In this document: piece by piece, positions 1 to 10,903 of the stretch | Layout: every line of letters begins with the position of its first letter | Position numbering within the stretch: the stretch's first letter is position 1 | Notes under the pieces: model-generated | What the model saw: the letters and a program-made list of their open reading frames with translations, nothing else | Database searches by the model: none | What the model was told of the DNA's origin: nothing | Assembly (NCBI GenBank): GCA_029263895.1 | Contig: JARIDO010000011.1 | Coordinates: 5,185 to 69,184 of the forward strand | Reading direction: 5' to 3' | From: Sporosarcina sp. | GTDB taxonomy: Bacteria > Bacillota > Bacilli > Bacillales_A > Planococcaceae | Length of the DNA stretch: 64,000 bases | Translations under genes and position numbers: made by a program

Positions 1-1020
1 TTCTCCAACACTTTTCTCAGTACCGTTTTCGACAATCTCATTTACTTCAATTTCTTTCTTCGTTAAGTCATTGGACTGGTGGTGCTGTTTGTTTTCGGTT
101 ATCGTAACTCCCGTTTCTATTACTCGTTCCGTAGACAGTGGTGGTTGCACTATCTTCTCGATTGCTTTGTCCGACTTTAGCATCAAGACGTTAAACGGCA
201 CTATGCGCTCACGACGTTCAACTTCATTCACTTCAACTACTTGAGGAGGTTCGAATTCCTGAATTTCATCTTGAGCAGCATCAATTTCTCGATGTGTCTC
301 ATCCTCATTTACCACCTCAGAAGAAGGGTTGTCCACTTTTTCGTCTACTGCCTTAACACTGTCAATCGCAACGACTGTTTCAAGACTAGTAACATCTCTC
401 TCAACTTGACTGTCCTCGCTACGAGCAACAGACGATTTACCTGTCACTTCATGATCATTCTGTTCACTTGGTATATCCAGTTGTTGAGTATCCAACTCAT
501 CTAAAGTGATAGATGCAGACGTTTCCTGTTTTTTTCTGTTATGTTCAAAACCATATACAGGTGAAGGTACATCCGTTAATGTAAATGGTTTTACAAAATG
601 ACTACTGTTTGATTTCTTTTCAGTTCGATTTGCATGTAAATCATTGCTTGTTGCCTGTTTATATTTTTCAGCAGTTGAAAACTTGCTAAAACTTTCATTA
701 TCACTTGCCCTATAAACATTTCTAACTTTCGTTTGTTTTAACCAATTATCGTTCTCTTCATTTGAAAGATCTTCGTAGTTTTGGAAATGGTGTTCAGTAT
801 CATTTTTTATGGAGCTGTTATCTGATTTTTGATTTTCGGTGTCATCCCATCCATAAATTTCAGCATCTGATATGATTGGAAACCGAAATGCTGCTACTGA
901 TTTTTGATTTATATTTCCAGTATTATTAGCTTCAACTTGTTGTGTATTCTGACGTTCAATTTCTTTTGTATCTTCATCTGTTGTAAATAGACGATTCATT
1001 ATGTTTCTATACCAAGCCAA
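1..1020 (-). CDS. sftA: DNA translocase SftA/YtpT (FtsK/SpoIIIE family), N-terminal part; runs off the window
   Basis: Not in the ORF track. TTG start at 1020 after AGAAAGAGTG; the frame reads MAWYRNIMNRLF...FRFPIISD...KPFTLTDVPSPVYGF...VPFNVLMLKSDK with a long acidic linker; follows ytpR as in B. subtilis. Confidence 0.8.
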   Translation of the reverse strand, partial: MAWYRNIMNRLFTTDEDTKEIERQNTQQVEANNTGNINQKSVAAFRFPIISDAEIYGWDDTENQKSDNSSIKNDTEHHFQNYEDLSNEENDNWLKQTKVRNVYRASDNESFSKFSTAEKYKQATSNDLHANRTEKKSNSSHFVKPFTLTDVPSPVYGFEHNRKKQETSASITLDELDTQQLDIPSEQNDHEVTGKSSVARSEDSQVERDVTSLETVVAIDSVKAVDEKVDNPSSEVVNEDETHREIDAAQDEIQEFEPPQVVEVNEVERRERIVPFNVLMLKSDKAIEKIVQPPLSTERVIETGVTITENKQHHQSNDLTKKEIEVNEIVENGTEKSVGE

Positions 1021-1134
1021 GACAATCACTCTTTCTATGTCAATCATTCTATTTTAACAGGATTCGATGCTCTAAATCAAATCAATCCTATAAATAAGAA
1101 AAACGTACCAGTAGGGTACGTTAATTCGATGTAT

Positions 1135-1740
1135 TCAGTTGTTGAATTCTTGTCCTGGTATTGCTGTACTTTCTAAAATGAGGATACCCTTTTCTTCCGA
1201 CGCATTAGGCAGCGCAAGTTCTTTCGCTGAACAAATCATTCCAGATGATGGTATACCACGTAATTCTGCATCTTTTATGATCATTCCAGATGCCATCACT
1301 GCACCAACTTTCGCCACAACAACTTTCTGGTTTTCATCAACATTAGGAGCTCCACAAACAATTTGAAGTGTTTCTTCTCCAACGTCGACTTGACAAATAT
1401 TTAATTTGTCTGCGTTTGGATGTTTCTCTTTCTTTAACACATGTCCAACGACAAACTTCGGTGACAAGTCAACCTTCAATTCAATATCGTACCCATTTGT
1501 TGTTAGTGCATTTTGCAAATCTTTTACGAGCCCTTCTGAAAGTTCAATCTTCCCTACAGTTTCAAGCCTCATATACTTTGAAGCATTGAATAGATTGAAT
1601 GCAACAGGTTCGCCTGATACTGCATCTGATATCAGTGTAATATCACTAAGCGAAGTTGTAGCGATGTCTGAAGGTTTTTCAGTTGTTAACTGAACCAACA
1701 ATACATCCCCTACACCAGTTAAATTGTAAAATACGTTCAT
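1135..1740 (-). CDS. ytpR: YtpR family tRNA-binding (OB-fold) protein
   Basis: KHPNADKL, IVCGAPN and LRGIPSSGMICSAKEL motifs; synteny with ytpQ. Confidence 0.9.
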   Translation of the reverse strand: MNVFYNLTGVGDVLLVQLTTEKPSDIATTSLSDITLISDAVSGEPVAFNLFNASKYMRLETVGKIELSEGLVKDLQNALTTNGYDIELKVDLSPKFVVGHVLKKEKHPNADKLNICQVDVGEETLQIVCGAPNVDENQKVVVAKVGAVMASGMIIKDAELRGIPSSGMICSAKELALPNASEEKGILILESTAIPGQEFNN

Positions 1741-2555
1741 TTTTTCTTTCCTTCCCTTCTAGCAACACGGTTTTTACCTAAAATAAAGATTGGTTCAAGT
1801 TCTTCATTTTCATAATAAAATGATAATGAAGTGACAGGCACAGCACCCGTTGTAAAGAACTGCATAGTCATTTGTGCAAGTACATCATAGCCTGTATCGT
1901 TTCGAATATCCCCAATAATTAGAACATCTTGATGAGGAACTGACACTGTCATATGTCCTTCGATTTTTCCTTCCATACTTTTTAGGAATGCACTATTTAA
2001 AATACGACTTGCATCATATCCATCTTTATTGTTAACGAAGTAGAAGTAGTTTCCTGAAACTTCATCTTGCCTTACCGATGTCGGTAATGACCTAACTTTA
2101 AATAATGCCGCTTCCATCATTTCTTTTTCTACTATGCCCATCGTTTCTACCATGCTCTCATCAATCAATCGATAGGTTGTTCCCAAATCTAGTGCGTAAA
2201 AGATTCGTGTTTCCGCAGTATGATCTTTCGTTATAAACATTTTACCTGCCTTCGATTTCACCGGAAAAGAAGTTGATCTAATGACAGGGTATATATTTCC
2301 ACTAGCCGTAAATCCCTCTTGTTGTTCCTTTTCCATCGCCTTAAATGTTTCACCTATCGTATAAATTATTTCATCGATAGCCTTTTCATTTTTTAATTCA
2401 TATTTTGCGATAATTTCAGGCAATGAAATATCCATCCCTTTGTTTAATACTGTATGTTCCAGTCTCACTTTATCTGTCTTTCTATCTAAGCGCCACTGGA
2501 ATATTTCAGATGGTAAACGGGACTTCAATAATTCAACAAGTTGTTCTGAATTCAT
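1737..2555 (-). CDS. ytpQ: DUF1444 family protein YtpQ
   Basis: IYPVIRSTSF, HTAETRIFYALDLG, DGYDASRILN and PHQDVL motifs; start moved to the ATG after GGAGG. Confidence 0.85.
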   Translation of the reverse strand: MNSEQLVELLKSRLPSEIFQWRLDRKTDKVRLEHTVLNKGMDISLPEIIAKYELKNEKAIDEIIYTIGETFKAMEKEQQEGFTASGNIYPVIRSTSFPVKSKAGKMFITKDHTAETRIFYALDLGTTYRLIDESMVETMGIVEKEMMEAALFKVRSLPTSVRQDEVSGNYFYFVNNKDGYDASRILNSAFLKSMEGKIEGHMTVSVPHQDVLIIGDIRNDTGYDVLAQMTMQFFTTGAVPVTSLSFYYENEELEPIFILGKNRVARREGKKK

Positions 2556-2639
2556 AATAATGCCTCCATTCAATGAAAAACGGTCGCTAGCCGCTAATGC
2601 GCTCTATGACCGTTAATCGACCTTTATTTAATAGAAATC

Positions 2640-3149
2640 CTACTTAATAGATCTAACAATTTCCATCATTTTGGTCATATTCTCTTCAATATTCTTCTTT
2701 TTTGTCAACGTTGTTAGTTTAGCTCCGCCAACACTTGTAATTAATTCGTATTGATCATCACCGATATCAACTACAGCCGCAAAACCAAATACGCCTTTAT
2801 GAGAAAACGTTTTTTTGCTTATAACTTTTTTACCTTGATCAGAATTCATTAATTCGTAAAATAACTCACTATCTTTTTTTTCATTTGGATTAATAAATAA
2901 GATAAACGGTTCTTTGTTTTTCATTAGTACAATGTTTTGTGCTTCAGTACTTTCATTAATCGTGAAACCAGCAGGCTTATATAGTTTAATACCCTCAACA
3001 TCTTCGTTACTTTTTTTATCGTTTAACATAAATGCTTCTTTAGCTGATTTTATACCATCTTTAGCTCTTTCTTCAACAGTACGTCCACATCCTGCAAGTA
3101 GTAGAGTCGTAATGATGACGAGCAGCAAGTATTTCCAAATCCGGGACAT
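2640..3149 (-). CDS. Conserved hypothetical lipoprotein
   Basis: Lipobox LLAGC; GGGGGAAAAG RBS. Confidence 0.7.
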   Translation of the reverse strand: MSRIWKYLLLVIITTLLLAGCGRTVEERAKDGIKSAKEAFMLNDKKSNEDVEGIKLYKPAGFTINESTEAQNIVLMKNKEPFILFINPNEKKDSELFYELMNSDQGKKVISKKTFSHKGVFGFAAVVDIGDDQYELITSVGGAKLTTLTKKKNIEENMTKMMEIVRSIK

Positions 3150-3226
3150 TCTTTTCCCCCCCTATCGTTGATTTGTTCTCTTCAACCATTTTAATATTGT
3201 AGAGCGTTTCATGCAACTTTTGTTGT

Positions 3227-3748
3227 TCAAGATTCATTCGAAAGATACTTCATTTGACCTATTAAAAGTTTCAGGACATGTTCGAATAACTCATCTCGAT
3301 TGACAATTTGAGAAGTAAACATGCCAATTGCACCTTCTCTTTGCCGTATATCATTTGCTTTAAAATAATCGTCAACAACCGGACCTAATTCTTCTCCGTT
3401 TTTTAACTTGATGGCTATTTCTATTGGTAGGGGTATTTGAGCACCACCGGCGGTTAGAACCGTGCCATCTTGTAAAGCAAAGGCTCCCCAATTACAAAGA
3501 TATATATCGTTATCAATGTCTTTTACTCCACCTTCTAAACCTATCCCTATACTTCCTTTTTTGCTATTCGCTGCTGCTATTGCACGATTCACAGCACCTT
3601 TTATTGTTTCAACATCTCCAAAGGGTTGATTTGACACACCAGATGAAACGTCAACTTGAGTCAGTATAGCATCAGGAAAATAAAAAGATACTATTTCTTG
3701 TGTCGCTTTAGTTTTGGCATTATTTAATGAACCAATGATGAACTCCAT
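3227..3748 (-). CDS. DUF84/YjjX family inosine/xanthosine triphosphatase
   Basis: GSLNNAK, SGVSNQP, GAVNRA, IGLEGG, ELGPV and GAIG motifs. Confidence 0.85.
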   Translation of the reverse strand: MEFIIGSLNNAKTKATQEIVSFYFPDAILTQVDVSSGVSNQPFGDVETIKGAVNRAIAAANSKKGSIGIGLEGGVKDIDNDIYLCNWGAFALQDGTVLTAGGAQIPLPIEIAIKLKNGEELGPVVDDYFKANDIRQREGAIGMFTSQIVNRDELFEHVLKLLIGQMKYLSNES

Positions 3749-3818
3749 GTACTTCACTCCTACAATGTATAAACAAACTGCCCTCCCTCTCTTAGTCGAG
3801 GATTAGGGCAGAAGTATA

Positions 3819-4892
3819 TTAACTATTACGCTTAATCGTTTCTACTGTTGTCTTATCACAGGATTTCACTAACTTAATGAGTAGTTCTTTCGCTGCTTCA
3901 TAATCATCTGTATGGATAATTGATGCAGATGTGTGAATGTATCTTGAACAAATACCAATCACCGCACTTGGTACACCTTCGTTCGCTATATGCACTTGCC
4001 CAGCATCCGTCCCACCTTGTGATACAAAATATTGATAAGGAATATGATGAGTCTCCGCAGTATCAAGAATATATTCACGTAAACCTCTATGTGTAACCAT
4101 TGTACGATCTAAAATGCGTAAAAGTGTTCCCTGACCTAATTGTCCAAACTCATTTTTATTTCCAGATGCATCATTTGCAGGACTTGCATCGAGTGCAAAA
4201 AACAAATCAGGGTCTATCATTTTCGCTGCCGCCTGTGCACCGCGTAAGCCTACTTCTTCCATCACATTTGCTCCTGAGAACAATGTATTCGGCAACTTTT
4301 CACCATGAAGTTCCTTTAACAATTCGATTGACAACCCACAACCATAGCGATTATCCCATGCTTTCGCTAAAATTTTCTTGTCGTTTGCCATCGGTGTAAA
4401 GGGGCAAATCGGAACTATCTGTTGGCCAGGTCGAATGCCTATATTTTGAGCATCTTCTTTATTATCAGCACCAATATCAATCAGCATATTTTTAATATCC
4501 ATTGGCTTATTGCGTACTTCATCACTCAGTAAATGTGGAGGTATAGAACCTATAACACCAACGACAGGACCATTAGAAGTCATAACTTCAATTCGTTGCG
4601 CCAACAATACTTGACTCCACCATCCACCAAGTGGTTGAAAGCGAATCATCCCATTGTCAGTAATCCCAGTTACCATGAAGCCTACTTCGTCCATATGACC
4701 CGCTACCATAATTCGTGGATCCTCTTCACGCCCTCTTCTAACTCCAAATATTCCACCTAAATTATCTTGAATGATTTCTTCTGAATACTTTTCAAGTTCC
4801 GTACGCATGAACTGCCTCACAGCATGCTCGTTTCCGGGCGCACCTGGTAGTTCTGTTAATGTTCTGAACATTTCAAGTGTAGCTTTTTGCAT
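3819..4892 (-). CDS. ytoP: M42 family aminopeptidase (YtoP-like)
   Basis: [30 protein letters not shown] and RYIH metal-ligand motifs. Confidence 0.9.
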   Translation of the reverse strand: MQKATLEMFRTLTELPGAPGNEHAVRQFMRTELEKYSEEIIQDNLGGIFGVRRGREEDPRIMVAGHMDEVGFMVTGITDNGMIRFQPLGGWWSQVLLAQRIEVMTSNGPVVGVIGSIPPHLLSDEVRNKPMDIKNMLIDIGADNKEDAQNIGIRPGQQIVPICPFTPMANDKKILAKAWDNRYGCGLSIELLKELHGEKLPNTLFSGANVMEEVGLRGAQAAAKMIDPDLFFALDASPANDASGNKNEFGQLGQGTLLRILDRTMVTHRGLREYILDTAETHHIPYQYFVSQGGTDAGQVHIANEGVPSAVIGICSRYIHTSASIIHTDDYEAAKELLIKLVKSCDKTTVETIKRNS

Positions 4893-5111
4893 ATGAATAG
4901 CCCCCTACCGTTATAAGTACACTATAACAGTGTAGACGATATTTTTAACACTTTCCAATATTTCATTTTAAATTGAAGTTATGACGAAAACCGTTGCATC
5001 AATATATAACACTAAATCGAATTTCACTTTCATTCAATCAATTCTAGTAACTGTTCTTGCGGCAGTATTATGGTACACTATTTTAAAGACTTAAATAGGA
5101 GGTTACGTACT

Positions 5112-5426
5112 ATGAAGTTTAAAGATTTCCTTGCAGGTGTTTTAACGGGTATAGCTGCCGGCATTATTGTCAATGAAACAATCGACCGTGTTAACCGTAA
5201 CGTAGCAGCAGATGTTGTCCTCAATACTGTCAAAGAAGCATTTAAAAGCGAAGGACCTATTGATGGTTCTTGGATTGTCATGAAAACCGAACCTTATCAG
5301 AACAATGTTATCTCTATGGATGTTTATCGGGGTGGTATTTCCCGTGTTAAAAACGGCGATTTAGAACAATTTGAGTTTGCGGCAGACGCTCGAACGGGTA
5401 CTGTTGTCGAAATTATAAAAATGTAA
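5112..5426 (+). CDS. ytzB: PepSY-domain protein (YtzB-like)
   Basis: AGGAGG RBS before ATG 5112; N-terminal TM; GPIDGSWI, VYRGGI and FAADARTG motifs. Confidence 0.8.
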   Translation: MKFKDFLAGVLTGIAAGIIVNETIDRVNRNVAADVVLNTVKEAFKSEGPIDGSWIVMKTEPYQNNVISMDVYRGGISRVKNGDLEQFEFAADARTGTVVEIIKM

Positions 5427-5476
5427 AAAGCCCGTCACCCTCCCTTCTAAAAAAGGAAGTGTGACGGACTTTTTTT
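5425..5476. terminator. Bidirectional intrinsic terminator between convergent genes
   Basis: A-run, CCGTCAC...GTGACGG stem, T-run. Confidence 0.75.
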
Positions 5477-6320
5477 ATCGGGTGCGTTTTAAAGATTGAA
5501 TGATTTCTTTTCCTTCAGTATCCCATTGCACCATTCTATATAAAGCATCATGATAGAAAATAAATTTGTAATTGTTAGCAAGTCCTTCATTCATCCATTT
5601 TTCTTTTGCAAAAATAGATGTCATTGGGTAATCATCATATGCAAGTACCCACAAAGGATTTTTGTGCGCATGTGTTGGCATAATATCACCCATGTGAAGA
5701 AGGACTTCCCCACTTTGTTGCAACTTCACGACACTATGTCCATCACTATGTCCACCTGTATGAATTAAGTTTATCCCCGGCAAAACCTCTACTTGTGTCT
5801 GAAAAGTCTTTACTTGGTGCTGAATGGGTTCCCAATTTTCCTTCCAGTATGTATTCCTTGAACGAATATTAGGTTGGCGCATTTCATCCCATTCTGTTTT
5901 AGATACATAGATAACTGCATTCGGAAAAACAGAAACGAGTTTATCATCTTGCCATTCTGTCAATCCTGCTGCATGGTCATTATGTAAATGTGTCATTAAA
6001 ATAATGTCGATATTGTCTGGAATAAACCCAAGCGAAGATAGACTTTCCAAAACACGCGTCTCTTCTCTAACACCTAGGTTCCTTTTCATTTTGTCAGTTA
6101 GCTTTCCTTTACCTATCCCCGAGTCTATCAAGATGTTTTTTCCCGCATATTGAATGAAGATAGGATCTGTTCGTAACTCAATCAGATTATCATTATCAAC
6201 TTCATATTTTTTAGACCACAATGCTTTTGGAACAACTCCAAACATCGTACCCCCATCTAAAAAATTTACGCCCCCGTCTAACCAAGTTAATTTCATATTA
6301 TGAAATAACAAAGTATCCAC
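5475..6320 (-). CDS. ytnP: YtnP family metallo-beta-lactamase-fold lactonase
   Basis: [28 protein letters not shown] and FYHD motifs. Confidence 0.88.
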   Translation of the reverse strand: MDTLLFHNMKLTWLDGGVNFLDGGTMFGVVPKALWSKKYEVDNDNLIELRTDPIFIQYAGKNILIDSGIGKGKLTDKMKRNLGVREETRVLESLSSLGFIPDNIDIILMTHLHNDHAAGLTEWQDDKLVSVFPNAVIYVSKTEWDEMRQPNIRSRNTYWKENWEPIQHQVKTFQTQVEVLPGINLIHTGGHSDGHSVVKLQQSGEVLLHMGDIMPTHAHKNPLWVLAYDDYPMTSIFAKEKWMNEGLANNYKFIFYHDALYRMVQWDTEGKEIIQSLKRTR

Positions 6321-6347
6321 TTATATAACCTCCCTTTCCCCAAAGAG

Positions 6348-6995
6348 TTATTTCGTTTTGAACTGTGCTTCTAGTCTATATATTGGTTGACCCTTAGCTG
6401 AAAATTTTTCTTCGTACTCAGTCATAATGTTATCTTCAGGCATTTCGGCATGTAAATCGAGCGATACTAAACCTAATTTCATGCCGTAATCTGTCATAGA
6501 GATTAGTGAGTACTCAAACAAAGAACGATTATCCGTTTTAAAATGAATTTCACCATGCGGTTTTAAAACTTCTTCATATAACCGTAAAAAAGTTTCATGT
6601 GTTAACCGTCTTTTCGCATGTCTCGTCTTTGGCCATGGGTCTGAGAAGTTTAAATAAATGCGATCTAATTCATTAGGAGCAAATAACTCAGTTAATTCTT
6701 TTCCGTTCACCCTGAAAAGTCGTAAGTTGCTGGGTTTTCCAGCTTCAACTGCTTTTTCAAGAGCAGAAACAATTACATTATCAAAATGTTCAATTCCAAT
6801 ATAATTAATGGACGGATTAGCGAGCGCCATGCCAATTATGAACTGCCCCATTCCAGTACCTACTTCTACTTGAATTGGATTTTCATTATTAAATACAGTT
6901 GACCAACCCGCACCTATCTTTTCAGGTTCTGCAATTAGAATATCGGGATGTTCTGCCATATATTCTCTTGCCCACGGTTTATTACGTAGCCGCAT
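6348..6995 (-). CDS. trmB: tRNA (guanine-N7)-methyltransferase
   Basis: [29 protein letters not shown] and TEYEEKF motifs. Confidence 0.95.
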   Translation of the reverse strand: MRLRNKPWAREYMAEHPDILIAEPEKIGAGWSTVFNNENPIQVEVGTGMGQFIIGMALANPSINYIGIEHFDNVIVSALEKAVEAGKPSNLRLFRVNGKELTELFAPNELDRIYLNFSDPWPKTRHAKRRLTHETFLRLYEEVLKPHGEIHFKTDNRSLFEYSLISMTDYGMKLGLVSLDLHAEMPEDNIMTEYEEKFSAKGQPIYRLEAQFKTK

Positions 6996-7019
6996 TCTAT
7001 ACACTCTCTTCTAGTTGGT

Positions 7020-7985
7020 TTAGTTCTCTTTCTGTTCTTCTTCGTGGTCAAAAAGACTACTCATCGCTGTTGTTTGCCCCACATCAAGTATTGACTGTGC
7101 AGCTTTAAACTGCATTGATTTTAATGGTAAAGGAGATTCCTTTAAAGCAGTAAACCAATTTTCATACGTACGTCTATCAACAACAGTTGCATCAAATGAT
7201 TTCCCCGGACGATCGATATATCCATTTCTAGAGATTAAATACTTTTTAATTGGGAAATTAACGTCATTATTTTTAAATATACTGTCTACTATTTTTTCCA
7301 TTCGATTTAAACTAATCATAGGATTCAATAACTTCGTTTCTTGGTTACCTATTTTTTTTAACCAGAAACGATCACCCGTGTCAACAAATGCCGCCATGCT
7401 CTCTTGCTCGAGAACAGTTATACACATACATTCGACCGGTGTTACGATAAGAATATCAAGTTCTACAGGTGCTTTTTTCACCTTCAAAATTGGGTAATAA
7501 AATAACAAGTAATTATCCGGTAACAACTGAGCAAAACTACGTAGAAGCGGATCGCGCATATAGCGCAAATCTAATTTTGACTTTTGCGTCAAAGTAGAAC
7601 TCGCCCATTTAAGTTGAAATTGAAAAAGCTGTTCTAGATAGTGCTTCCTTAACTGTTTCAAGTTCGAAGGGGAATAATTTAGTTTCGGTGAAAAATCAAA
7701 CTCCCCTTCTACTTCTACAGGGTTCTCCTCCACTACAGTTCGTTCTTCTTCAGTTGTACGCTTACTAAATAAGCGAGTAATTGGACTAAACCATTTTTCA
7801 ATTTCAGGTTCAATCGGTACTTCAACATTCATCTGTTCCCACTCAGTTAGACTATCTCTATTCTCCCATTGTGTTTTCATTCGTTCCCACTGATACCGCT
7901 TCAATCTAATGTACTGGGTAGGATAACGAGATAAATCACTTTCATAACGGGACACATAATCGAGCAATTTTACAAGTTGAGCCAT
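7020..7985 (-). CDS. Conserved protein with a NERD-like nuclease-related domain
   Basis: MAQLVKLLDYVSRYE N-terminus; ELDILIVTP...LNPMISL segment resembles NERD. Confidence 0.6.
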   Translation of the reverse strand: MAQLVKLLDYVSRYESDLSRYPTQYIRLKRYQWERMKTQWENRDSLTEWEQMNVEVPIEPEIEKWFSPITRLFSKRTTEEERTVVEENPVEVEGEFDFSPKLNYSPSNLKQLRKHYLEQLFQFQLKWASSTLTQKSKLDLRYMRDPLLRSFAQLLPDNYLLFYYPILKVKKAPVELDILIVTPVECMCITVLEQESMAAFVDTGDRFWLKKIGNQETKLLNPMISLNRMEKIVDSIFKNNDVNFPIKKYLISRNGYIDRPGKSFDATVVDRRTYENWFTALKESPLPLKSMQFKAAQSILDVGQTTAMSSLFDHEEEQKEN

Positions 7986-8017
7986 TATCAATCACTCCGA
8001 TCATTCACTTTCTACTA

Positions 8018-8872
8018 TTACTTTCCCGCAAGAATTAAAGGGATTTCTAAAGTGAAAGCTTCCTGTAGTTTCAAAGTTACGAGACCAGGTTCACCTTTTG
8101 AAATTAGTTTACCATCGATTGACGTTACAGGTGTAATCTCTGCAGTTGTTGATGTGAAAAAGAATTCGTCCATGTCCATTGACTCTTCAAGACTAAATGA
8201 TTCCTCAACAACTTCAATTCCTTGCTCTTTACATAATTTTAATACGACTTGGCGTGTAATCCCGTTTAAGATTAAGTTGGTTGCAGGATGTGTATATATA
8301 ACACCATTTTTCACGCCAAACATATTTGAAGATGACCCTTCTGTAACAGTGCCATTACGATGCAATAAAGCTTCCACACAGTCCGCTTCATGAGCTTCCT
8401 GTTTCGCCAACACATTACCAAGTAAGTTAAGACTTTTAATGTCACAACGAAGCCATCTAACATCTTCTACAGATTTCAACGCAACTCCGTTTGTAATCGC
8501 CTGCACAGGGCGAGGATTACTAACAGCGTAAGCCACTACAACTGGCATTACTTCCGTTCCTGGAAATTGATGTGCACGCGGTGCAGCTCCTCTAGTTACT
8601 TGTATATAGATGTGTCCCACAGTAATTTGATTGGATGCAATCAATTCATTTGCAATGTCGATGAATTGATCCACAGTATACGGTAAAGATATCTTTATTT
8701 TATTAGCACTTTGAACTAATCTCTCTAGATGTTCTCGTGCAGTAAATAGTTCACTATTATAAACCTTGATAACTTCATATACACCATCTCCAAAATAATA
8801 CCCACGGTCATCAACCGATATTTTCATCTCTGATTGTTTTGTATATTGACCATCTTTAAAATAAGTACTCAT
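8018..8872 (-). CDS. dat: D-amino-acid transaminase
   Basis: DRGYYFGDGVYEV, RWLRCDIKSLNLL (PLP lysine), EGSSSN and ILNGITR motifs. Confidence 0.95.
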   Translation of the reverse strand: MSTYFKDGQYTKQSEMKISVDDRGYYFGDGVYEVIKVYNSELFTAREHLERLVQSANKIKISLPYTVDQFIDIANELIASNQITVGHIYIQVTRGAAPRAHQFPGTEVMPVVVAYAVSNPRPVQAITNGVALKSVEDVRWLRCDIKSLNLLGNVLAKQEAHEADCVEALLHRNGTVTEGSSSNMFGVKNGVIYTHPATNLILNGITRQVVLKLCKEQGIEVVEESFSLEESMDMDEFFFTSTTAEITPVTSIDGKLISKGEPGLVTLKLQEAFTLEIPLILAGK

Positions 8873-10284
8873 GCTTTTTCCCCTTTCGATTCCTGTCTAT
8901 TACTTGCTAGCCTACTTATAGCATCGGCATAAATCGCTGTCGATTGTAGTAAATCTTCAATATAAACATATTCATCTGCTTGATGTGCAACATCGTCCCT
9001 TCCAGGGAACAACATACCAAAAGCAACGCCTTTATCCATTGTCCGGGCATAAGTTCCTCCACCTATCGCCATTAAATTAGCAGGCTCGTTCGTATGTTGA
9101 GTGTAAACATCCTGCAAAATCTTAATAAGCGGATCATTGGCATCTACATGATGTGGAAGAGAATTTGATTGACAATCTACAGAAAAAGCAGATCTTTTTA
9201 ACCCTTCCATGCATGATGTTAATTTTTCTTCAAATGGATATGTAACTGAATAGCGCATACTAACATTTACTTCACCGCCACTATCCGGTTCGAATATTAT
9301 TATACCCGCATTGAGTGTCGTATCTCCAGAGATTTCATCATTAAAATCTAACATTAAATATCGACCTCTCGATTCATTGCTAAAAGCATCTACTACGAAT
9401 TGGCTAAAGTTTTTAGACTGACCTTCACTAAAAATGCCATTCAAAAATGTTGCTAGTAATACACCTGCATTGATACCAAGATCCGGCTCCATTGCATGTG
9501 CGGACTTACCATGAAGGTTTAATGTATACGCATTTCCAGCTTTCTGAATAGTACCTGTCAAACCATTGTTATTCACAAATGTATGGAATTGCTCTTCACA
9601 TTTCTCAAATACTCCTGATATGCTCGCTTCAGCGTAATCGGGAACCATATTTGTTCTCTCGCCTGAGCGGAATGACAACAATTGACCATCTGCCGGCTCT
9701 TTCTTTTGTTGAAAGACAAGTGTTGAGATACCTTTCTCCGCATTTATAATTGGAAAATCGGCATCCGGAGCGAATCCGATATGAGGCATCTGTTCTTTTT
9801 CAAAATACCGATTCACACAACGGAAATCCGTTTCTTCATCTGTCCCTATAATTAGTCTAATCCGTTTATCTAATTTCACTCCTGAGTCTTTTACCATCTT
9901 CATTGCGTGCCATGCAGCAATCGTTGGTCCTTTATCATCTATTGCGCCACGGCCAAATAACTTACCGTCTTCAATATCACCTGCAAAAGGATCGTGGACC
10001 CAATTATTACCGACAGGTACAACATCGACGTGACAAAGAATGCCTAGAATTTCTTTGCCGGTACCCATTTCAATATGTCCTGCCATATTATCGACATTTT
10101 TCACGTCCATTCCTGCTTTTCGTCCTTCTTCTAGAAGCCATTCAAGTGCACGCTTCGGTTCAGGACCAAATGGTTCGTTTTCAGTAGCAAGTTCCTCATT
10201 TAAGATTGAAGGAATTGCTATTAAATTTTGTAGATCATTGAGTATGTCTTTTTTTCGTTTAAGTGATTCACTTTTCCAATTCAT
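8869..10284 (-). CDS. pepV: M20 dipeptidase PepV (YtjP-like)
   Basis: HVDVVP, GRGAIDDKGP, GTDEE, GGGTYAR and AHQADE motifs; 4-bp overlap with dat. Confidence 0.9.
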   Translation of the reverse strand: MNWKSESLKRKKDILNDLQNLIAIPSILNEELATENEPFGPEPKRALEWLLEEGRKAGMDVKNVDNMAGHIEMGTGKEILGILCHVDVVPVGNNWVHDPFAGDIEDGKLFGRGAIDDKGPTIAAWHAMKMVKDSGVKLDKRIRLIIGTDEETDFRCVNRYFEKEQMPHIGFAPDADFPIINAEKGISTLVFQQKKEPADGQLLSFRSGERTNMVPDYAEASISGVFEKCEEQFHTFVNNNGLTGTIQKAGNAYTLNLHGKSAHAMEPDLGINAGVLLATFLNGIFSEGQSKNFSQFVVDAFSNESRGRYLMLDFNDEISGDTTLNAGIIIFEPDSGGEVNVSMRYSVTYPFEEKLTSCMEGLKRSAFSVDCQSNSLPHHVDANDPLIKILQDVYTQHTNEPANLMAIGGGTYARTMDKGVAFGMLFPGRDDVAHQADEYVYIEDLLQSTAIYADAISRLASNRQESKGEKA

Positions 10285-10558
10285 GTTGCACACACCTTTC
10301 TACACATAGTATCTATTTTCACACGTCCTACTCATAAAATAAAGAGCAATGCGTTATAATCTATTTTTTTACATTTTTTTAATGCAAAATGACCATCATT
10401 ACGTTATACTAACAATGTCAGAAGATTTTATCTGACATCTTTTTCAACGGAAAGGATGTGCAGTGTCAGGATCATTTCAAATAGCTTTAGGCAACATTCA
10501 TAAGTCTCATGCCCATATTTTAAATTTGGAAGATGAAGATGAAGGAGTGATTCCACAA

Positions 10559-10780
10559 TTGAAACCTGCTACTGATCGTATGCTTACCCGTATCAAAGAT
10601 GTCTATCTCTACATCTTGGATAATGGTACTGTAACAACAGATAATCTGGTCGAAGAATTTGGTATCACGCACCGCACAGTCCAAAGAGATTTGAACGTAC
10701 TGGAATATAATGAACTCATCACGAGTCCAGTGCGCGGTAAATGGACAACAACAGCGAAAAAAGTAAAATTGACTTCCTGA
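10559..10780 (+). CDS. ytzE: Small DeoR-type HTH regulator YtzE
   Basis: TTG start after AAGGAG; MKPATDRMLTRIK...RTVQRDLNVL...KKVKLTS. Confidence 0.85.
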   Translation: MKPATDRMLTRIKDVYLYILDNGTVTTDNLVEEFGITHRTVQRDLNVLEYNELITSPVRGKWTTTAKKVKLTS

Positions 10781-10903
10781 TATTCACAAAACTCACATAC
10801 GTTGAAAATGACTACCCTATGATGACTCGGCGCTTCGACCGCACCGAGACTTCTCCAAACAACAAAGAACTGAACCGTATAATTATGGTTCAGTTCTTTG
10901 TAT

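Noticed and set aside
241-504. 87-aa plus-strand ORF
   Set aside because: It is antisense to the sftA reading frame.
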